A stretch of 64,000 nt of DNA from Candidatus Magasanikiibacteriota bacterium (GCA_030650025.1 JAUSEN010000024.1:563-64562); one strand, 5' to 3'; shown: positions 18,355-28,051, counted from the stretch's first letter. Notes: generated from the sequence alone by a model not told the origin. Numbers and translations are program-made.

Positions 18355-21300
18355 ATGTATATAAAGTGGTTTAACGAACTCACAATTAAAGACATCCCGC
18401 TTGTCGGCGGCAAAAATGCCAGCCTCGGCGAGATGTACTCTAAATTAACGCCTCAAGGCCTCCCCGTGCCCAATGGTTTTGCTTTGACAGCCGAGGCTTA
18501 CCGAGCCTTTATTAAAAGCAATAAGCTTGATAAAAAAATTAAGGATATTTTGCGCGGATTGAATAAAAAAAATGTGCGCGCCTTGGCTAAGGCGGGCCGC
18601 GCGATTAGAGAGTTAATTTTGCATGGTGAATTTTCGCTAGAGTTGAAAAATGAGATAAAAGCAGCCTATAAAAAACTGGGGAGTGGAGACGTGGCCGTGC
18701 GCAGTAGCGCCACGGCCGAAGATTTGCCGGACGCGAGTTTCGCGGGGCAACAAGAAAGTTATTTAAATGTTTGCGGCGAAAAAGAAATTTTAGATGCTTG
18801 CCGCAAATGCATAGCTTCACTTTTTACGGATCGCGCGATCTCGTATCGAGAGGATAAAGGCTTTGATCACCTGTCTATCGCTCTCTCGGTCGGCGTGCAG
18901 GAGATGGTGCGTTCGGATATGGCTGTGAGCGGCGTTATGTTCACACTCGACACAGAATCCGGGTTTCGCGGCGTGGTTTTGATTAACGCTTCTTATGGCC
19001 TTGGCGAGTATGTGGTAAAAGGCCAAATTACTCCCGACCAATTTTATGTTTTTAAAGATCGTGCTAAGCAAGGCTATAAATCTATTATTAACCACCGCCT
19101 GGGCAGTAAAGAAGTCAAATTAGTTTATGGTAAAACTGGCTCCGGAACCAGACAGCAAAAAGTAATCGCGGCAGACCGGAATCGTTTTTGTTTAGCTGAC
19201 GACGAGGTTTTGCAATTAGCGAAATGGGGCATGCAGATTGAGGAGCATTATGGCCACCCTATGGATATTGAATGGGCGAAAGATGGCCTTACTAATCAGC
19301 TTTATATCGTGCAGGCGCGTTCGGAAACAGTTAAATCGCGCGGCCTGACTAATGTGCTAGAAACGTATCGCCTGGGGCGTCGGGGAAAAGTTTTAGCGAG
19401 CGGCACAAGTGTTGGCCAAAAAATTGGCCAAGGCAAAGCGCGTATTATCGCGAACCCCAAACAAATGAAATTGTTTAAGCCGGGCGAGGTGCTGGTGACC
19501 AGAATTACTGATCCGGATTGGGAACCAATAATGAGAATTGCCAGCGCGATTGTGACAGAACAAGGCGGCAAAACCAGCCACGCGGCCATTGTGAGCCGCG
19601 AACTGGGGGTGCCCTGCGTGGTCGGAGCCGCCAAAGCGCGCCAGTTAGTCAAAAATGGCCAAGAGATTACCGTCTCGTGCGCTGAAGGCGAGGTTGGTTA
19701 TGTGTACGCAGGCCGCTTGCCGTTTGAAGTCGAAAAAATTAAAGTGGAGGGCATTGCTAAAACCCGCACAAAAATAATGATGAACGTGGCCGACCCGGAT
19801 AAAGCTTTTTCTTTAACGCACCTCCCGAATGATGGGGTGGGGCTGGCGCGTGAAGAATTCATTTTTACTAATTACATTAAAATTCACCCGCTCGCTCTTA
19901 TCAATTATAAAACCAGGCCACGCGCGGTTAAAGCCAAGATTAACGCTCTGACGGTTGGCTATAAAGACAAAACCGAGTATTTAGTAGAAAAATTAGCCGA
20001 AGGGATCGCTTTTATCGCGGCGGCTTTTAGCCCCGGTGAAGTTATACTCCGTTTTTCTGATTTTAAAAGTAATGAGTACGCCACTTTAATCGGCGGGGCT
20101 GATTTTGAACCCTCTGAAGAAAACCCCATGCTTGGTTGGCGCGGGGCGGCGCGCTATTATGACCCTAAATTTAAACCAGCGTTTCATTTAGAATGTAAGG
20201 CTATTAAACGAGTGCGCGAGGTGTGGGGGCTTAAGAATGTAATCGTCATGGTTCCGTTTTGCCGCACCGTGGAAGAAGGCCAGAAAGTTTTGGCGACAAT
20301 GAAGGAATTTGGCTTAGAGCGCGGCCAGGACGGTTTACAAGTTTATGTGATGTGCGAAATTCCGTCCAATGTGCTGTTGGCGAAAGAATTTAGCGAAATT
20401 TTTGATGGGTTTTCGATTGGCAGTAATGATTTAACGCAATTAACGCTTGGCGTTGACCGCGATTCGGCTTTGGTCGCTCATGTTTATGACGAAAAGAACG
20501 CGGCCGTGAAAAAGTTAATTCGGGAAGTTATTAAAGTGGCGCATGAGAATAAACGGAAAGTGGGGATTTGTGGCCAAGCACCGAGCGATTATCCGGAATT
20601 TGCCGAATTTTTAGTGCAAGAGGGGATAGATAGCATTTCGCTCAATCCGGATACGGTTTATAAAACTCGCCTTCGGATTGCGGGTATGGAGAAAAAGTTA
20701 GGGGTAAAGCCTCTCGCGTCGTCTGTAGGGAACGCATATATGCGTTCCCTACCAGCAGGTAGCCAGGCCGTGGCCATGCCAACTTCTAAAACGCTCTCTA
20801 AAATCGCTTCGCGCGCGGTGACAACGCTTGGCGTGTTGGCTTTGGCTGTGATGATCCTCGGCGTGACGTGCCAAACGAGCGTAGGGGCGGGCAGTGCCCG
20901 CCCCCTACAGACAGATGATTCAGCTTTAGCTGTCGCCCAAGCCAAGTCGCAAGCGCGGCGTGAGTTTGAAGAGGAGAAAGCCAAAGAAACGCGCGAGTAT
21001 AGTGAGGATAGCTTTGTGAAATTGACAATGAGGTATCCAGCCAGCTGGACAGTTTTTCACGGTAAAAATGATGTTACCTTTTCGTTGCCCACTCCTGATC
21101 CGTCGTATTTAAATGAATGGTTTAGTATTAGTAAAGAAATGCCACTAAAAAACACCAATGATTTTACAATCTTAGTCCGCACCACCACCATTTGGAATGG
21201 TTACGTCGCCAGGCGACTGGAAGTTGTCGCCGCACGTGAAACCGGAACACAGTATTTGGAAATATATCCAGCGTTGCACCGTGGGGGTAATCCGGTGATT

Positions 21301-21372
21301 CGTATTTCTGGTGAGGCTCTGCATTTTGACGCAATCCTAAACAGCATTAAAAATTTTGAAATTAAAAAATAA
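18355..21372 (+). CDS. ppsA: Phosphoenolpyruvate synthase (pyruvate, water dikinase) with a C-terminal extension of about 215 aa joined through a palindromic element
   Basis: The N-terminus reads LVGGKNASLGEM and the phosphohistidine region is GGKTSHAAIVSRELGVPCVVG. Homology ends at about residue 790, exactly at the palindrome at 20725-20752. The extension has a transmembrane segment plus an unknown domain. Confidence 0.85.
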   Translation: MYIKWFNELTIKDIPLVGGKNASLGEMYSKLTPQGLPVPNGFALTAEAYRAFIKSNKLDKKIKDILRGLNKKNVRALAKAGRAIRELILHGEFSLELKNEIKAAYKKLGSGDVAVRSSATAEDLPDASFAGQQESYLNVCGEKEILDACRKCIASLFTDRAISYREDKGFDHLSIALSVGVQEMVRSDMAVSGVMFTLDTESGFRGVVLINASYGLGEYVVKGQITPDQFYVFKDRAKQGYKSIINHRLGSKEVKLVYGKTGSGTRQQKVIAADRNRFCLADDEVLQLAKWGMQIEEHYGHPMDIEWAKDGLTNQLYIVQARSETVKSRGLTNVLETYRLGRRGKVLASGTSVGQKIGQGKARIIANPKQMKLFKPGEVLVTRITDPDWEPIMRIASAIVTEQGGKTSHAAIVSRELGVPCVVGAAKARQLVKNGQEITVSCAEGEVGYVYAGRLPFEVEKIKVEGIAKTRTKIMMNVADPDKAFSLTHLPNDGVGLAREEFIFTNYIKIHPLALINYKTRPRAVKAKINALTVGYKDKTEYLVEKLAEGIAFIAAAFSPGEVILRFSDFKSNEYATLIGGADFEPSEENPMLGWRGAARYYDPKFKPAFHLECKAIKRVREVWGLKNVIVMVPFCRTVEEGQKVLATMKEFGLERGQDGLQVYVMCEIPSNVLLAKEFSEIFDGFSIGSNDLTQLTLGVDRDSALVAHVYDEKNAAVKKLIREVIKVAHENKRKVGICGQAPSDYPEFAEFLVQEGIDSISLNPDTVYKTRLRIAGMEKKLGVKPLASSVGNAYMRSLPAGSQAVAMPTSKTLSKIASRAVTTLGVLALAVMILGVTCQTSVGAGSARPLQTDDSALAVAQAKSQARREFEEEKAKETREYSEDSFVKLTMRYPASWTVFHGKNDVTFSLPTPDPSYLNEWFSISKEMPLKNTNDFTILVRTTTIWNGYVARRLEVVAARETGTQYLEIYPALHRGGNPVIRISGEALHFDAILNSIKNFEIKK
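20725..20752. repeat. In-frame palindrome gtagggaacgcatatatgcgttccctac at the ppsA C-terminal junction
   Basis: A 28-bp perfect palindrome that translates to VGNAYMRSL. Confidence 0.8.
20881..20908. repeat. In-frame palindrome gtaggggcgggcagtgcccgccccctac inside the ppsA extension
   Basis: A 28-bp palindrome that translates to VGAGSARPL. Confidence 0.8.
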
Positions 21373-21391
21373 CTTTGTTTATTGGCCAGGT

Positions 21392-21985
21392 TTACAATAC
21401 CATTTTTCCGATCCAGCCAATTAGTAAAATACCCAGGAAGTTTAGAATAAATGTTAAGATGCCAATGGTTGACGTTTTCATTTTTGACAGGGCGAGAATG
21501 CTAATACCAATTTCGTCGGGTAGAGGCGAGGCGATGCAAAGAGCGCCAATAAGCGGTATCACCCATTTAAAAGCGTGAAGCTCCTTCCAGCGGTGGTGGA
21601 TTTTAAGCCAGCGCCGCTCTTTTTTAATTTCATTAAAGATAAATTCAAAATCTCGCGTGACATTGTCGCGCACGAATTTAAAGATGAATAAATCGCCGAG
21701 TAGGGCGCCGAGCGCGCCAAACAGAGCGGTCAGCCACAGGGAATTGGCATGAGCGATTTCGGCCAAAGCCACCGTGGCCGGAGCGGTGGTAAAAATACTG
21801 GTAAAAAAAATGCCGGCGATAAAACTGCCAAGGGCGTGGTAATATTCAGTAGTTTGGCTCAAGACCGATAGTAAAATCGGGGTTTTGACAAATAAAATTG
21901 CCACTAAAATGCTAATTAAAACCAAACCAAGATCGCGGTAGATCTCGCGTTTAGTGCGTGGCGGGATAGCAGTTGATTCTGTCAT
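21392..21985 (-). CDS. Polytopic membrane protein, hypothetical
   Basis: It has four to five hydrophobic helices. Confidence 0.4.
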   Translation of the reverse strand: MTESTAIPPRTKREIYRDLGLVLISILVAILFVKTPILLSVLSQTTEYYHALGSFIAGIFFTSIFTTAPATVALAEIAHANSLWLTALFGALGALLGDLFIFKFVRDNVTRDFEFIFNEIKKERRWLKIHHRWKELHAFKWVIPLIGALCIASPLPDEIGISILALSKMKTSTIGILTFILNFLGILLIGWIGKMVL

Positions 21986-22111
21986 ACTGCCCTAATTATA
22001 GCTTAATAAAAAATGATTGCCAAGATACCTCTAATTAGCGCCTTTAATTAGACAAAACCCCCGCCGGCAGGGCCGGCGGGGGGTAAGAAGAGCCAATTGA
22101 TTGCTCCCAGT

Positions 22112-22609
22112 TTAGGTAGAGGAAGTGGAAGTAGTAGCTGGGGTGGTAATAGCCGGAGAAGTGGTGGCCGGGGCAGGAGGAGGGGTTTTAAACTGGAGTT
22201 GAGCAGTTTCCCGGGCGGCTTTGTAAGCGGCGAGAGCGGCGGCATGAGCGGCTTTAAAGTCTGCTTCGGCTTTATGGATAGTAGCTTTGCGGTCGGCCCG
22301 AGCTTTAGCGAGAGCGGTTAGGTAAGTTTGGCGAGCTTTGGCCAGGGCTTCGTTACGAACTTTAGCGCGAGCTGATATTTCGGCTTTTTGCGCTTTAGCG
22401 GCGTCGAGCTTAATTTTATTAACCTCTTTTAAAGCTTCGATTTTGTCTTTATATTCGACGCGCAGATCTTTGATTGCCGCGCGGTTCGCTTCTTGAGCGG
22501 CTTTAACAGGGGTCGGTTTGGCGGCAGTGCTAGTGGCATTTTCCGCTAAAGCCGGGGCGGCAGAAAGCATTAAGGCTAGGGATAGAGTGGAAGCAATTAG
22601 TTTTCTCAT
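22112..22609 (-). CDS. Secreted Ala/Lys-rich coiled-coil protein, hypothetical
   Basis: A signal peptide (MRKLIASTLSLALMLSAAPALA) is followed by low-complexity sequence. Confidence 0.4.
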   Translation of the reverse strand: MRKLIASTLSLALMLSAAPALAENATSTAAKPTPVKAAQEANRAAIKDLRVEYKDKIEALKEVNKIKLDAAKAQKAEISARAKVRNEALAKARQTYLTALAKARADRKATIHKAEADFKAAHAAALAAYKAARETAQLQFKTPPPAPATTSPAITTPATTSTSST

Positions 22610-22668
22610 ATGGTTATAAATTATTTTTTGGCTAAATTTAAGTATTTTTTATTATTTCGACCTTTTTC

Positions 22669-22742
22669 GCCGCGTTTTAGTAGACGTTACGCGGCATGAA
22701 TTCGTTAATTCACGTTAATTCACGTTAATTCACGCTAATTTA
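22669..22742 (+). repeat. Conserved leader element (copy 3) followed by about 3.5 tandem copies of a 10-bp unit (ttaattcacg)
   Basis: The motif cgccgcg-N-cgcggcatgaattcgttaattcacg is followed by a direct repeat of ttaattcacg. Confidence 0.4.
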
Positions 22743-22820
22743 TATATACTAATACACTGGATATTAGGTAAAGGTTACAGGGTAAGACATGTGGTCAGAA
22801 CAAGCTGGAGCGTTTTATTT

Positions 22821-23507
22821 TTACAACTGTGTGGCCAGAATATTTGAGAAGGTTGCCTCGGCGTCTTCGGTATAGAAGGCGTATTGGCCATCGGCCGTGA
22901 GCGTGTCTTTAGCGGACATGGTGTACGCTACGTATGGCTTGCCATTGACCGTGAGCGTGATGACATTATCTTGGACTTTGACCACGACATTATATTTGGT
23001 GTTTAAGTTAAAAATGTCTTGGTTAAGAGGTGAGGTGTATGAGAAGTTTTGTTGATCGTTTAACAGCGATTCACCAATTTCCACGCCGTAGCCATTGGGC
23101 TTCAAGATTACATATTTGAATTTGCCGTCGGGTTTGTAGCCAAAACCAAACCAGCCTACTTCCCAAGGGTTTGGGGCGGAACCAGTGCGGAGCTGTTTGA
23201 TTGTGTTCATGGTAAAACTAACCTGGTAAGGTTGTTTTAAAGTCTGGTTGCTAACCACTAACGCGGCGTGCGTTTCACTCTGTTCTGTCGAGGCTTTAGG
23301 GGCCATGTATAAAGTTTTGCTTAAATTATTCCAACTAACTTTGCCATAGCCATTATAAACGACCTTGCCCCAGGGAATAGACGAAGAAACCTTGGCAGCC
23401 GAGGCGCTCGCCGGAGCAAAAATTAGACAGCAGGCTATTACTAGGGCAGTGGCAGTTAAACGCTTTAAATTAGATATTTGGTTAGTTTGGTTTAGATTTT
23501 TATTCAT
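22821..23507 (-). CDS. Secreted hypothetical protein
   Basis: An N-terminal signal peptide (LIFAPASASA) is present. Confidence 0.4.
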   Translation of the reverse strand: MNKNLNQTNQISNLKRLTATALVIACCLIFAPASASAAKVSSSIPWGKVVYNGYGKVSWNNLSKTLYMAPKASTEQSETHAALVVSNQTLKQPYQVSFTMNTIKQLRTGSAPNPWEVGWFGFGYKPDGKFKYVILKPNGYGVEIGESLLNDQQNFSYTSPLNQDIFNLNTKYNVVVKVQDNVITLTVNGKPYVAYTMSAKDTLTADGQYAFYTEDAEATFSNILATQL

Positions 23508-23584
23508 ATAGAGATATTAATAATATAACAAATAATTATATTGCAAAAAAGCCTTTTGTCAAGGGGGCAAGGTAAACGCCATTT

Positions 23585-24163
23585 TTATTTAGCTTGGCCG
23601 GCTAAGTAATCCATTATGGAGGCCACGACCGAGGCTTTGGAGTTTTCGTCTTGGTTGCGCCCTTTGATGTTGGCAAAATTAATTCTAATTTTTGGGTTGG
23701 TGCCAGCGAGGTGGTCATATCTTTTTTTAAAATCCTGCCAGCCTTCCTCGTCATTAGTTTCTAAAGAATTTAAAAATATTTCCAACTCCACAGGCCCTGT
23801 ATTCTCGTGTTTTTGGTTCCATTCAGCCACCGCATTTTGAATGTCGCGGATCGCCAAAATGCCGTTGAGAATTTGCGGCCGAGCATTGAACGTAGTTGGC
23901 ATTTCAAAATCAGCAATTAACATTAGACGAGAGCCAGGTGCCAATTGTGTTTGCATGGCGGCGAGGACGGCGGGCAGGTCTTTGGTCGCAGAGACAGTAA
24001 AAATTCCGGCATCGGTTTGGCCGGCTGTGCCGCGTTCTGTTTGAAGAGCCTCTGTGATATCGGCAAGAGAAAGCGGGCCGTCTTCCATAATTAAAATCAG
24101 CCGCTCTCGTAAAAGTTCACGGGCGCGTTCGCGTTCGGGAGTAAGGGTAGTGTCTCTAGGCAT
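23585..24163 (-). CDS. Hypothetical protein
   Basis: ORF only. Confidence 0.35.
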   Translation of the reverse strand: MPRDTTLTPERERARELLRERLILIMEDGPLSLADITEALQTERGTAGQTDAGIFTVSATKDLPAVLAAMQTQLAPGSRLMLIADFEMPTTFNARPQILNGILAIRDIQNAVAEWNQKHENTGPVELEIFLNSLETNDEEGWQDFKKRYDHLAGTNPKIRINFANIKGRNQDENSKASVVASIMDYLAGQAK

Positions 24164-24480
24164 ATTTTTTTAAGAAAGGTACCCAGTGATGAATTATTTT
24201 TGCGATTGAAAAATTGAAGATGAGATATTATAGCGGGAGCGATGTAACGATATTATAACATACTTCCGGACGGCTAAGCGGCGAGTTCTTTTGACATGTG
24301 CACTTTTCTTATGGCCAAAGCCATATTTTACCAGAAAGGTGGTGCATCATGATTTGAATGTATGCTTTACAACGCATCTATTTACAAGATGTCATTTTTA
24401 TGCTATTGTTTATTGCACTAAATCAGTGGAAATTGTAATTCACCCGATCGTTCCTGGCAGCTGTCAGGAGAGGAGAAGAA

Positions 24481-24690
24481 GTGATGAAGCGTGCTCTCGG
24501 GATCATCTCGGTGGTGCTCGGGATCGGCGCCATCTTGGCCATGGGTGTGGTAAGGGCGTATTACACCTTTGTGCCCAGCGGGGGAGCCACCCCGTACGCT
24601 CTCATGTGGAGCGACCACCTCTCCTGGATCGGGATGGGGACGGGTGCCGTTGGGGTGGCGCTCTATGCGCTCTCGACCCGGTTGAAGTAG
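24481..24690 (+). CDS. Small two-helix membrane protein encoded by a GC-rich ORF in an AT-rich context
   Basis: A ribosome-binding site (aggagaggagaag) precedes the ORF. The ORF is about 65% GC and the flanks are AT-rich. The sequence is hydrophobic (GIISVVLGIGAILAMGVV...GAVGVALYAL). Confidence 0.4.
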   Translation: MMKRALGIISVVLGIGAILAMGVVRAYYTFVPSGGATPYALMWSDHLSWIGMGTGAVGVALYALSTRLK

Positions 24691-24983
24691 TTGCGCCCAT
24701 AGCCCCGTAATTTTGACGGGCTTTTCACCGCAGGTCAAGCGGTCGAGAAGGCAAGCATTATCACGCTACCAACTCGTTAGCTTTCTAACACCTTAGAAGA
24801 TTTACGAGTAGCGTGATAGCAACAAAATAAAAACTTCTACCAAAACGGTGGGAGTTTTTTGTTTCCTGAAAAAGCGGGTCTAGTGGACGACATTAGAACC
24901 TATTGGCAAACCGCCGCTGAACGGTTTTTTTATTCTAAGTCTATCCTTAGACTTTGCAAAAATCAGTTAAAACGCAAAGTTAG

Positions 24984-25685
24984 TTAGCTTCTCATACTAT
25001 CTTTAAGAGCACTGAGAATGTCCTGTTGCATTTCCGGACGCAAACCTTTGACCCCCCAAAAATTAGCCCGATAAAAATTTGAACCATCGAATTTTGCATT
25101 TGTGCAATCCGCATCTTCAAAATCAGCCTTTTCTAAATCCGCGCCCGTAAAATCTGCGCCGATTAAGTTTGCTCTAATAAAGATCCCCCCAATTATTTGG
25201 CTATCTTTAAAAACTGCGCCGGAAAGATTTGAATCATCAAATTCGCTTCCTTCAAAATCTGCACTAGAAAAATTTGCCCCCTGAAGTTCGCACTTTATGA
25301 ATACAATACTGTCATACCCTTTTATGCTTTGGAAATTAGCTCTCTGCAATTGACAAGATTCAAAACGAACGTCGTTCAATTTCATGCCTGAGAAGTTCGC
25401 GCCCTCGAGATTAATAAAATAAAAGTGAATCCCATCAATATTGAACTTGCTAAAATCTACCCCGCTTAAATCAGCCCGATTTCTTTGACCTTCCTTACTT
25501 TTTACATATTTATTGAACCAATCAACATTCCCTGCCGCAAGAATTTCCAATAATTGTTCCCTACCAATATCTGGTGATGAATCAATGTCTGATTTTTTGT
25601 TTAGCCCATCTCCAGAAATTGCGGTTGGGCACGGACCGGGAAGGTGCAACGCGTTACATTTTGAACATAAAAATGGCTCTGACAT
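24984..25685 (-). CDS. Pentapeptide-repeat protein
   Basis: Tandem A(D/N)(L/F)xx repeats are present, for example ANFSGMKLNDVRFES and ADFTGADLEKADFEDADCTNAKF. Confidence 0.8.
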   Translation of the reverse strand: MSEPFLCSKCNALHLPGPCPTAISGDGLNKKSDIDSSPDIGREQLLEILAAGNVDWFNKYVKSKEGQRNRADLSGVDFSKFNIDGIHFYFINLEGANFSGMKLNDVRFESCQLQRANFQSIKGYDSIVFIKCELQGANFSSADFEGSEFDDSNLSGAVFKDSQIIGGIFIRANLIGADFTGADLEKADFEDADCTNAKFDGSNFYRANFWGVKGLRPEMQQDILSALKDSMRS

Positions 25686-25797
25686 AATACAGTATACAAT
25701 TTTTTCTAAAATTTTATCTATAATATTTTATCATACGGTTCCAAGTCTCGCAATGGGATGAGAAAAAAATTGGCTCGCTTAAGCCACATTTTGGTGA

Positions 25798-25872
25798 GCG
25801 GGTCGGACGGGACTCGAACCCGCAACTTCTGCCGTGACAGGGCAGTGCTCTAACCAGTTGAACTACCGACCC
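25798..25872 (-). tRNA. tRNA-Asp (anticodon GUC)
   Basis: Manual fold: acceptor GGGTCGG/CCGACCC, anticodon loop CTGTCAC and T-loop GGTTCGAGTCC. CCA is not encoded. Confidence 0.75.
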
Positions 25873-26023
25873 AATATTATTCTGATATATTTGTGCAAAG
25901 ATTATATCAAAAAAATATTATTTTGTCAATAAATCGGTAGAAATCGTTTTTAGTCAGGAAAATACGTTTTTAAAAATTAACAACAGCCGTTCGCTTAGGC
26001 GAACGGCTGTTGTTAAATGGCAA

Positions 26024-26632
26024 TTACTTCACTATCAGCCGCCCTTTCATGTCAGCGTGGCCGTCGCCGCAGTAAACGCGACAGGCAAAGACGAACTCAC
26101 CGGTTTTGTCCGCGGTAAATTCCACGGTTTGGGGCACGCCGGGTTCGAGAGTGATTTTAATATTAAAGTCAGGAAGAGAAAAACTGTGAGTGACGTCCAG
26201 GCTCTTAATCTCCAGGCGCACTTGGTCGCCTTGATTCACAGTAATAACGGACGGCGTAAACTCCCAAGTTTTGGCTGTGACAGAAAATGTTTTTACGGCC
26301 GGAGCAGATGGTTTGGTTTGGGTAGTTGATTCTGTTGGGGTAGCCGGTTCGGTTTGGGCGGCAGGTTTGGTAGCAGGTTCTGTGGATGCAGGGGGTTCAG
26401 GAGCAGGTTTGGAGGTAGCAGTGGTGTCAGTGGGAGTGGGCGGAGAAGCAACCGGAGCTGGCTCCGGAGTAGGCGCATTGACCACGGGGGTGTTAACTGC
26501 GGTATTGGGAGTGGGCGTTGGAGCTGATTCTGGGTTACTTGTTTCGGGATTAGTGGGGGCGCAACCCGCGCCGAGTGTTATCAGGGCAGTGCTAATTAAA
26601 ATTGTTAAATGCTTCGAAAATGTTTGAGGCAT
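26024..26632 (-). CDS. Cupredoxin-domain lipoprotein (CuA/COX2-like copper centre motif) with a Pro/Thr-rich linker
   Basis: A lipoprotein-type signal (LITLGAGC) and a PT-rich linker are followed by a C-terminal H...C-x3-C-G-x-G-H-x2-M motif (FACRVYCGDGHADM). Confidence 0.6.
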   Translation of the reverse strand: MPQTFSKHLTILISTALITLGAGCAPTNPETSNPESAPTPTPNTAVNTPVVNAPTPEPAPVASPPTPTDTTATSKPAPEPPASTEPATKPAAQTEPATPTESTTQTKPSAPAVKTFSVTAKTWEFTPSVITVNQGDQVRLEIKSLDVTHSFSLPDFNIKITLEPGVPQTVEFTADKTGEFVFACRVYCGDGHADMKGRLIVK

Positions 26633-26831
26633 AGTGTTGTGGCTATATTTAAATAAAAAAAATTATTTAGTCATTTAAATATATGGGAAATAAAATTGTT
26701 TGTCAATCATAAAACGGATATTACAAAATAGACAGGAAGGGCAGGAAGCTTGACAGCAGGCTAATTTTAGAATATAAGTCCTACACGTTCAACCGGATAC
26801 AATTCAACCATTAACCACGGAGGTACGTGTC

Positions 26832-27302
26832 ATGGCACACCAAAAAAAGCGGTGCCAGAGCCAGTCTCTGGCCGCCAAACGCAGGATGCGTCTCGTCATC
26901 ACCACCAAGGGCGAGCACCACGATCTGGCGGAGATTCGTGACGCGATCGTCCGCGACTACGCGGATATCTTCGGTCGCGGCTTTCGGGTCAAAATCACCT
27001 GGGGCAACGCCCTGCCGCGTGGCCGCGCTCACATCCACCGCAATGTTCGGCTCGGCGGCTACGATGATGAGCGCAACCCCATCATCATCCACCGCACGTT
27101 GGACCGCGCCGCAGTGCCCCGCTGCTATGTGGAGTGGAGCGTGTTCCACGAACTGCTCCACGCCAAGTTCGAAGTGCCGCTCTACCATGGGCGGCACGAC
27201 TTCCACCCGCGCTGGTTTCGGGTGTACGAAAGCACCTTCGCCCGCCAGGACCAGGCGCTCAAGTGGGTCGCTTACCACGCGAGCACGCTCTCCCGTTTTT
27301 AG
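26832..27302 (+). CDS. YgjP/DUF45-like zinc metallohydrolase (HExxH) encoded by a high-GC ORF
   Basis: HELLHAKF...HGRHDFHPRWF matches the DUF45 signature. The ORF is about 65% GC in a low-GC neighbourhood. Confidence 0.55.
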   Translation: MAHQKKRCQSQSLAAKRRMRLVITTKGEHHDLAEIRDAIVRDYADIFGRGFRVKITWGNALPRGRAHIHRNVRLGGYDDERNPIIIHRTLDRAAVPRCYVEWSVFHELLHAKFEVPLYHGRHDFHPRWFRVYESTFARQDQALKWVAYHASTLSRF

Positions 27303-27345
27303 CTCGGCCGGGCCGCCACCGGCAAGCAGGGGGGGGGCGAATAAC

Positions 27346-27406
27346 AAAATCGCCCGCCCTCGCTTTGTAAGCGCAAGTTACTTGTACTTATAAAGCGCGG
27401 GCGATT
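27346..27406 (+). terminator. Stem-loop terminator (atcgcccgc...gcgggcgat followed by a T-run)
   Basis: Inverted repeat plus ttttttt, read from the sequence. Confidence 0.5.
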
Positions 27407-27650
27407 TTTTTATTTTGACTACAACCCCGACGTCGCTTCGCTCGTCGGGATTGTTAACTGACACCCCGCCTTTGGCGGTGGTCGTTAACAAAAAGACCCT
27501 GGAGGCGTCTGGCACAAGAAAAGTAACGAAGGAGGGGGCGTTACTTCCAGGCACCGGACGCCTTCAGGGTCCGTTTTATTTTTGGTTTTATACTCTACCA
27601 CAATGTGAGGGAGGTGTCAAGCGTTGTGGTTTGCGTGGTGGTTTGCGAAT

Positions 27651-27685
27651 CTTGTAGAGACAGGGCACTGCCCTGTCTCTACAAG
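27651..27685. repeat. Intergenic 35-bp perfect palindrome cttgtagagacagggcactgccctgtctctacaag (gtag...ctac-ended, related in style to the in-frame elements)
   Basis: A perfect palindrome between the GC-rich island and rplT. Confidence 0.6.
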
Positions 27686-27703
27686 GCAATTCCTGGCGTT
27701 TAT

Positions 27704-28051
27704 TTATTTCTTGGCAATATTAACAAGTTCCGCGAACATTTTGGGGTATTTTGCGGCAATGGTAGCTAGCACTTTGCGGTCGAGCGCAATGCCAGCCTTT
27801 TTCAGCCCACCCATAAATTTGCTATAGCTCAAAGCGTGCTTCCGAGTAGCGGCGTTAATTTTGATTTGCCAGAGTCCGCGGGCTTGGCGCTTCTTAACTT
27901 TGCGGCCCACAAAAGCATGTTGGCCAGCGCGCATTTTGGCGGTTTTGGCGAGCTTGATTTTGCTCTTGCGGCCCCAGCGGAAGCCTTTGGTATATTTGAG
28001 AATGCCTTTGCGATGTTTGGCGTGGATAACGCCGCCTTTAATGCGAGTCAT
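27704..28051 (-). CDS. rplT: 50S ribosomal protein L20
   Basis: MTRIKGGVIHAKHRKGILKYTKGF is a clear L20 sequence. Confidence 0.9.
   Translation of the reverse strand: MTRIKGGVIHAKHRKGILKYTKGFRWGRKSKIKLAKTAKMRAGQHAFVGRKVKKRQARGLWQIKINAATRKHALSYSKFMGGLKKAGIALDRKVLATIAAKYPKMFAELVNIAKK

Noticed and set aside
22697-22742. CRISPR-like array suspicion from the repeated ttaattcacg units.
   Set aside because: The units are 10 bp, directly adjacent and have no spacers. It is a simple tandem repeat, not a CRISPR array.
26811-27393. Overlapping ORFs in the GC-rich YgjP region (26811-27347 minus, 26827-27393 plus, 27134-27370 plus).
   Set aside because: They are low-complexity Ala/Arg/Ser-rich translations of the same GC-rich DNA. 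Only the 26832-27302 frame has a recognisable HExxH DUF45 signature.
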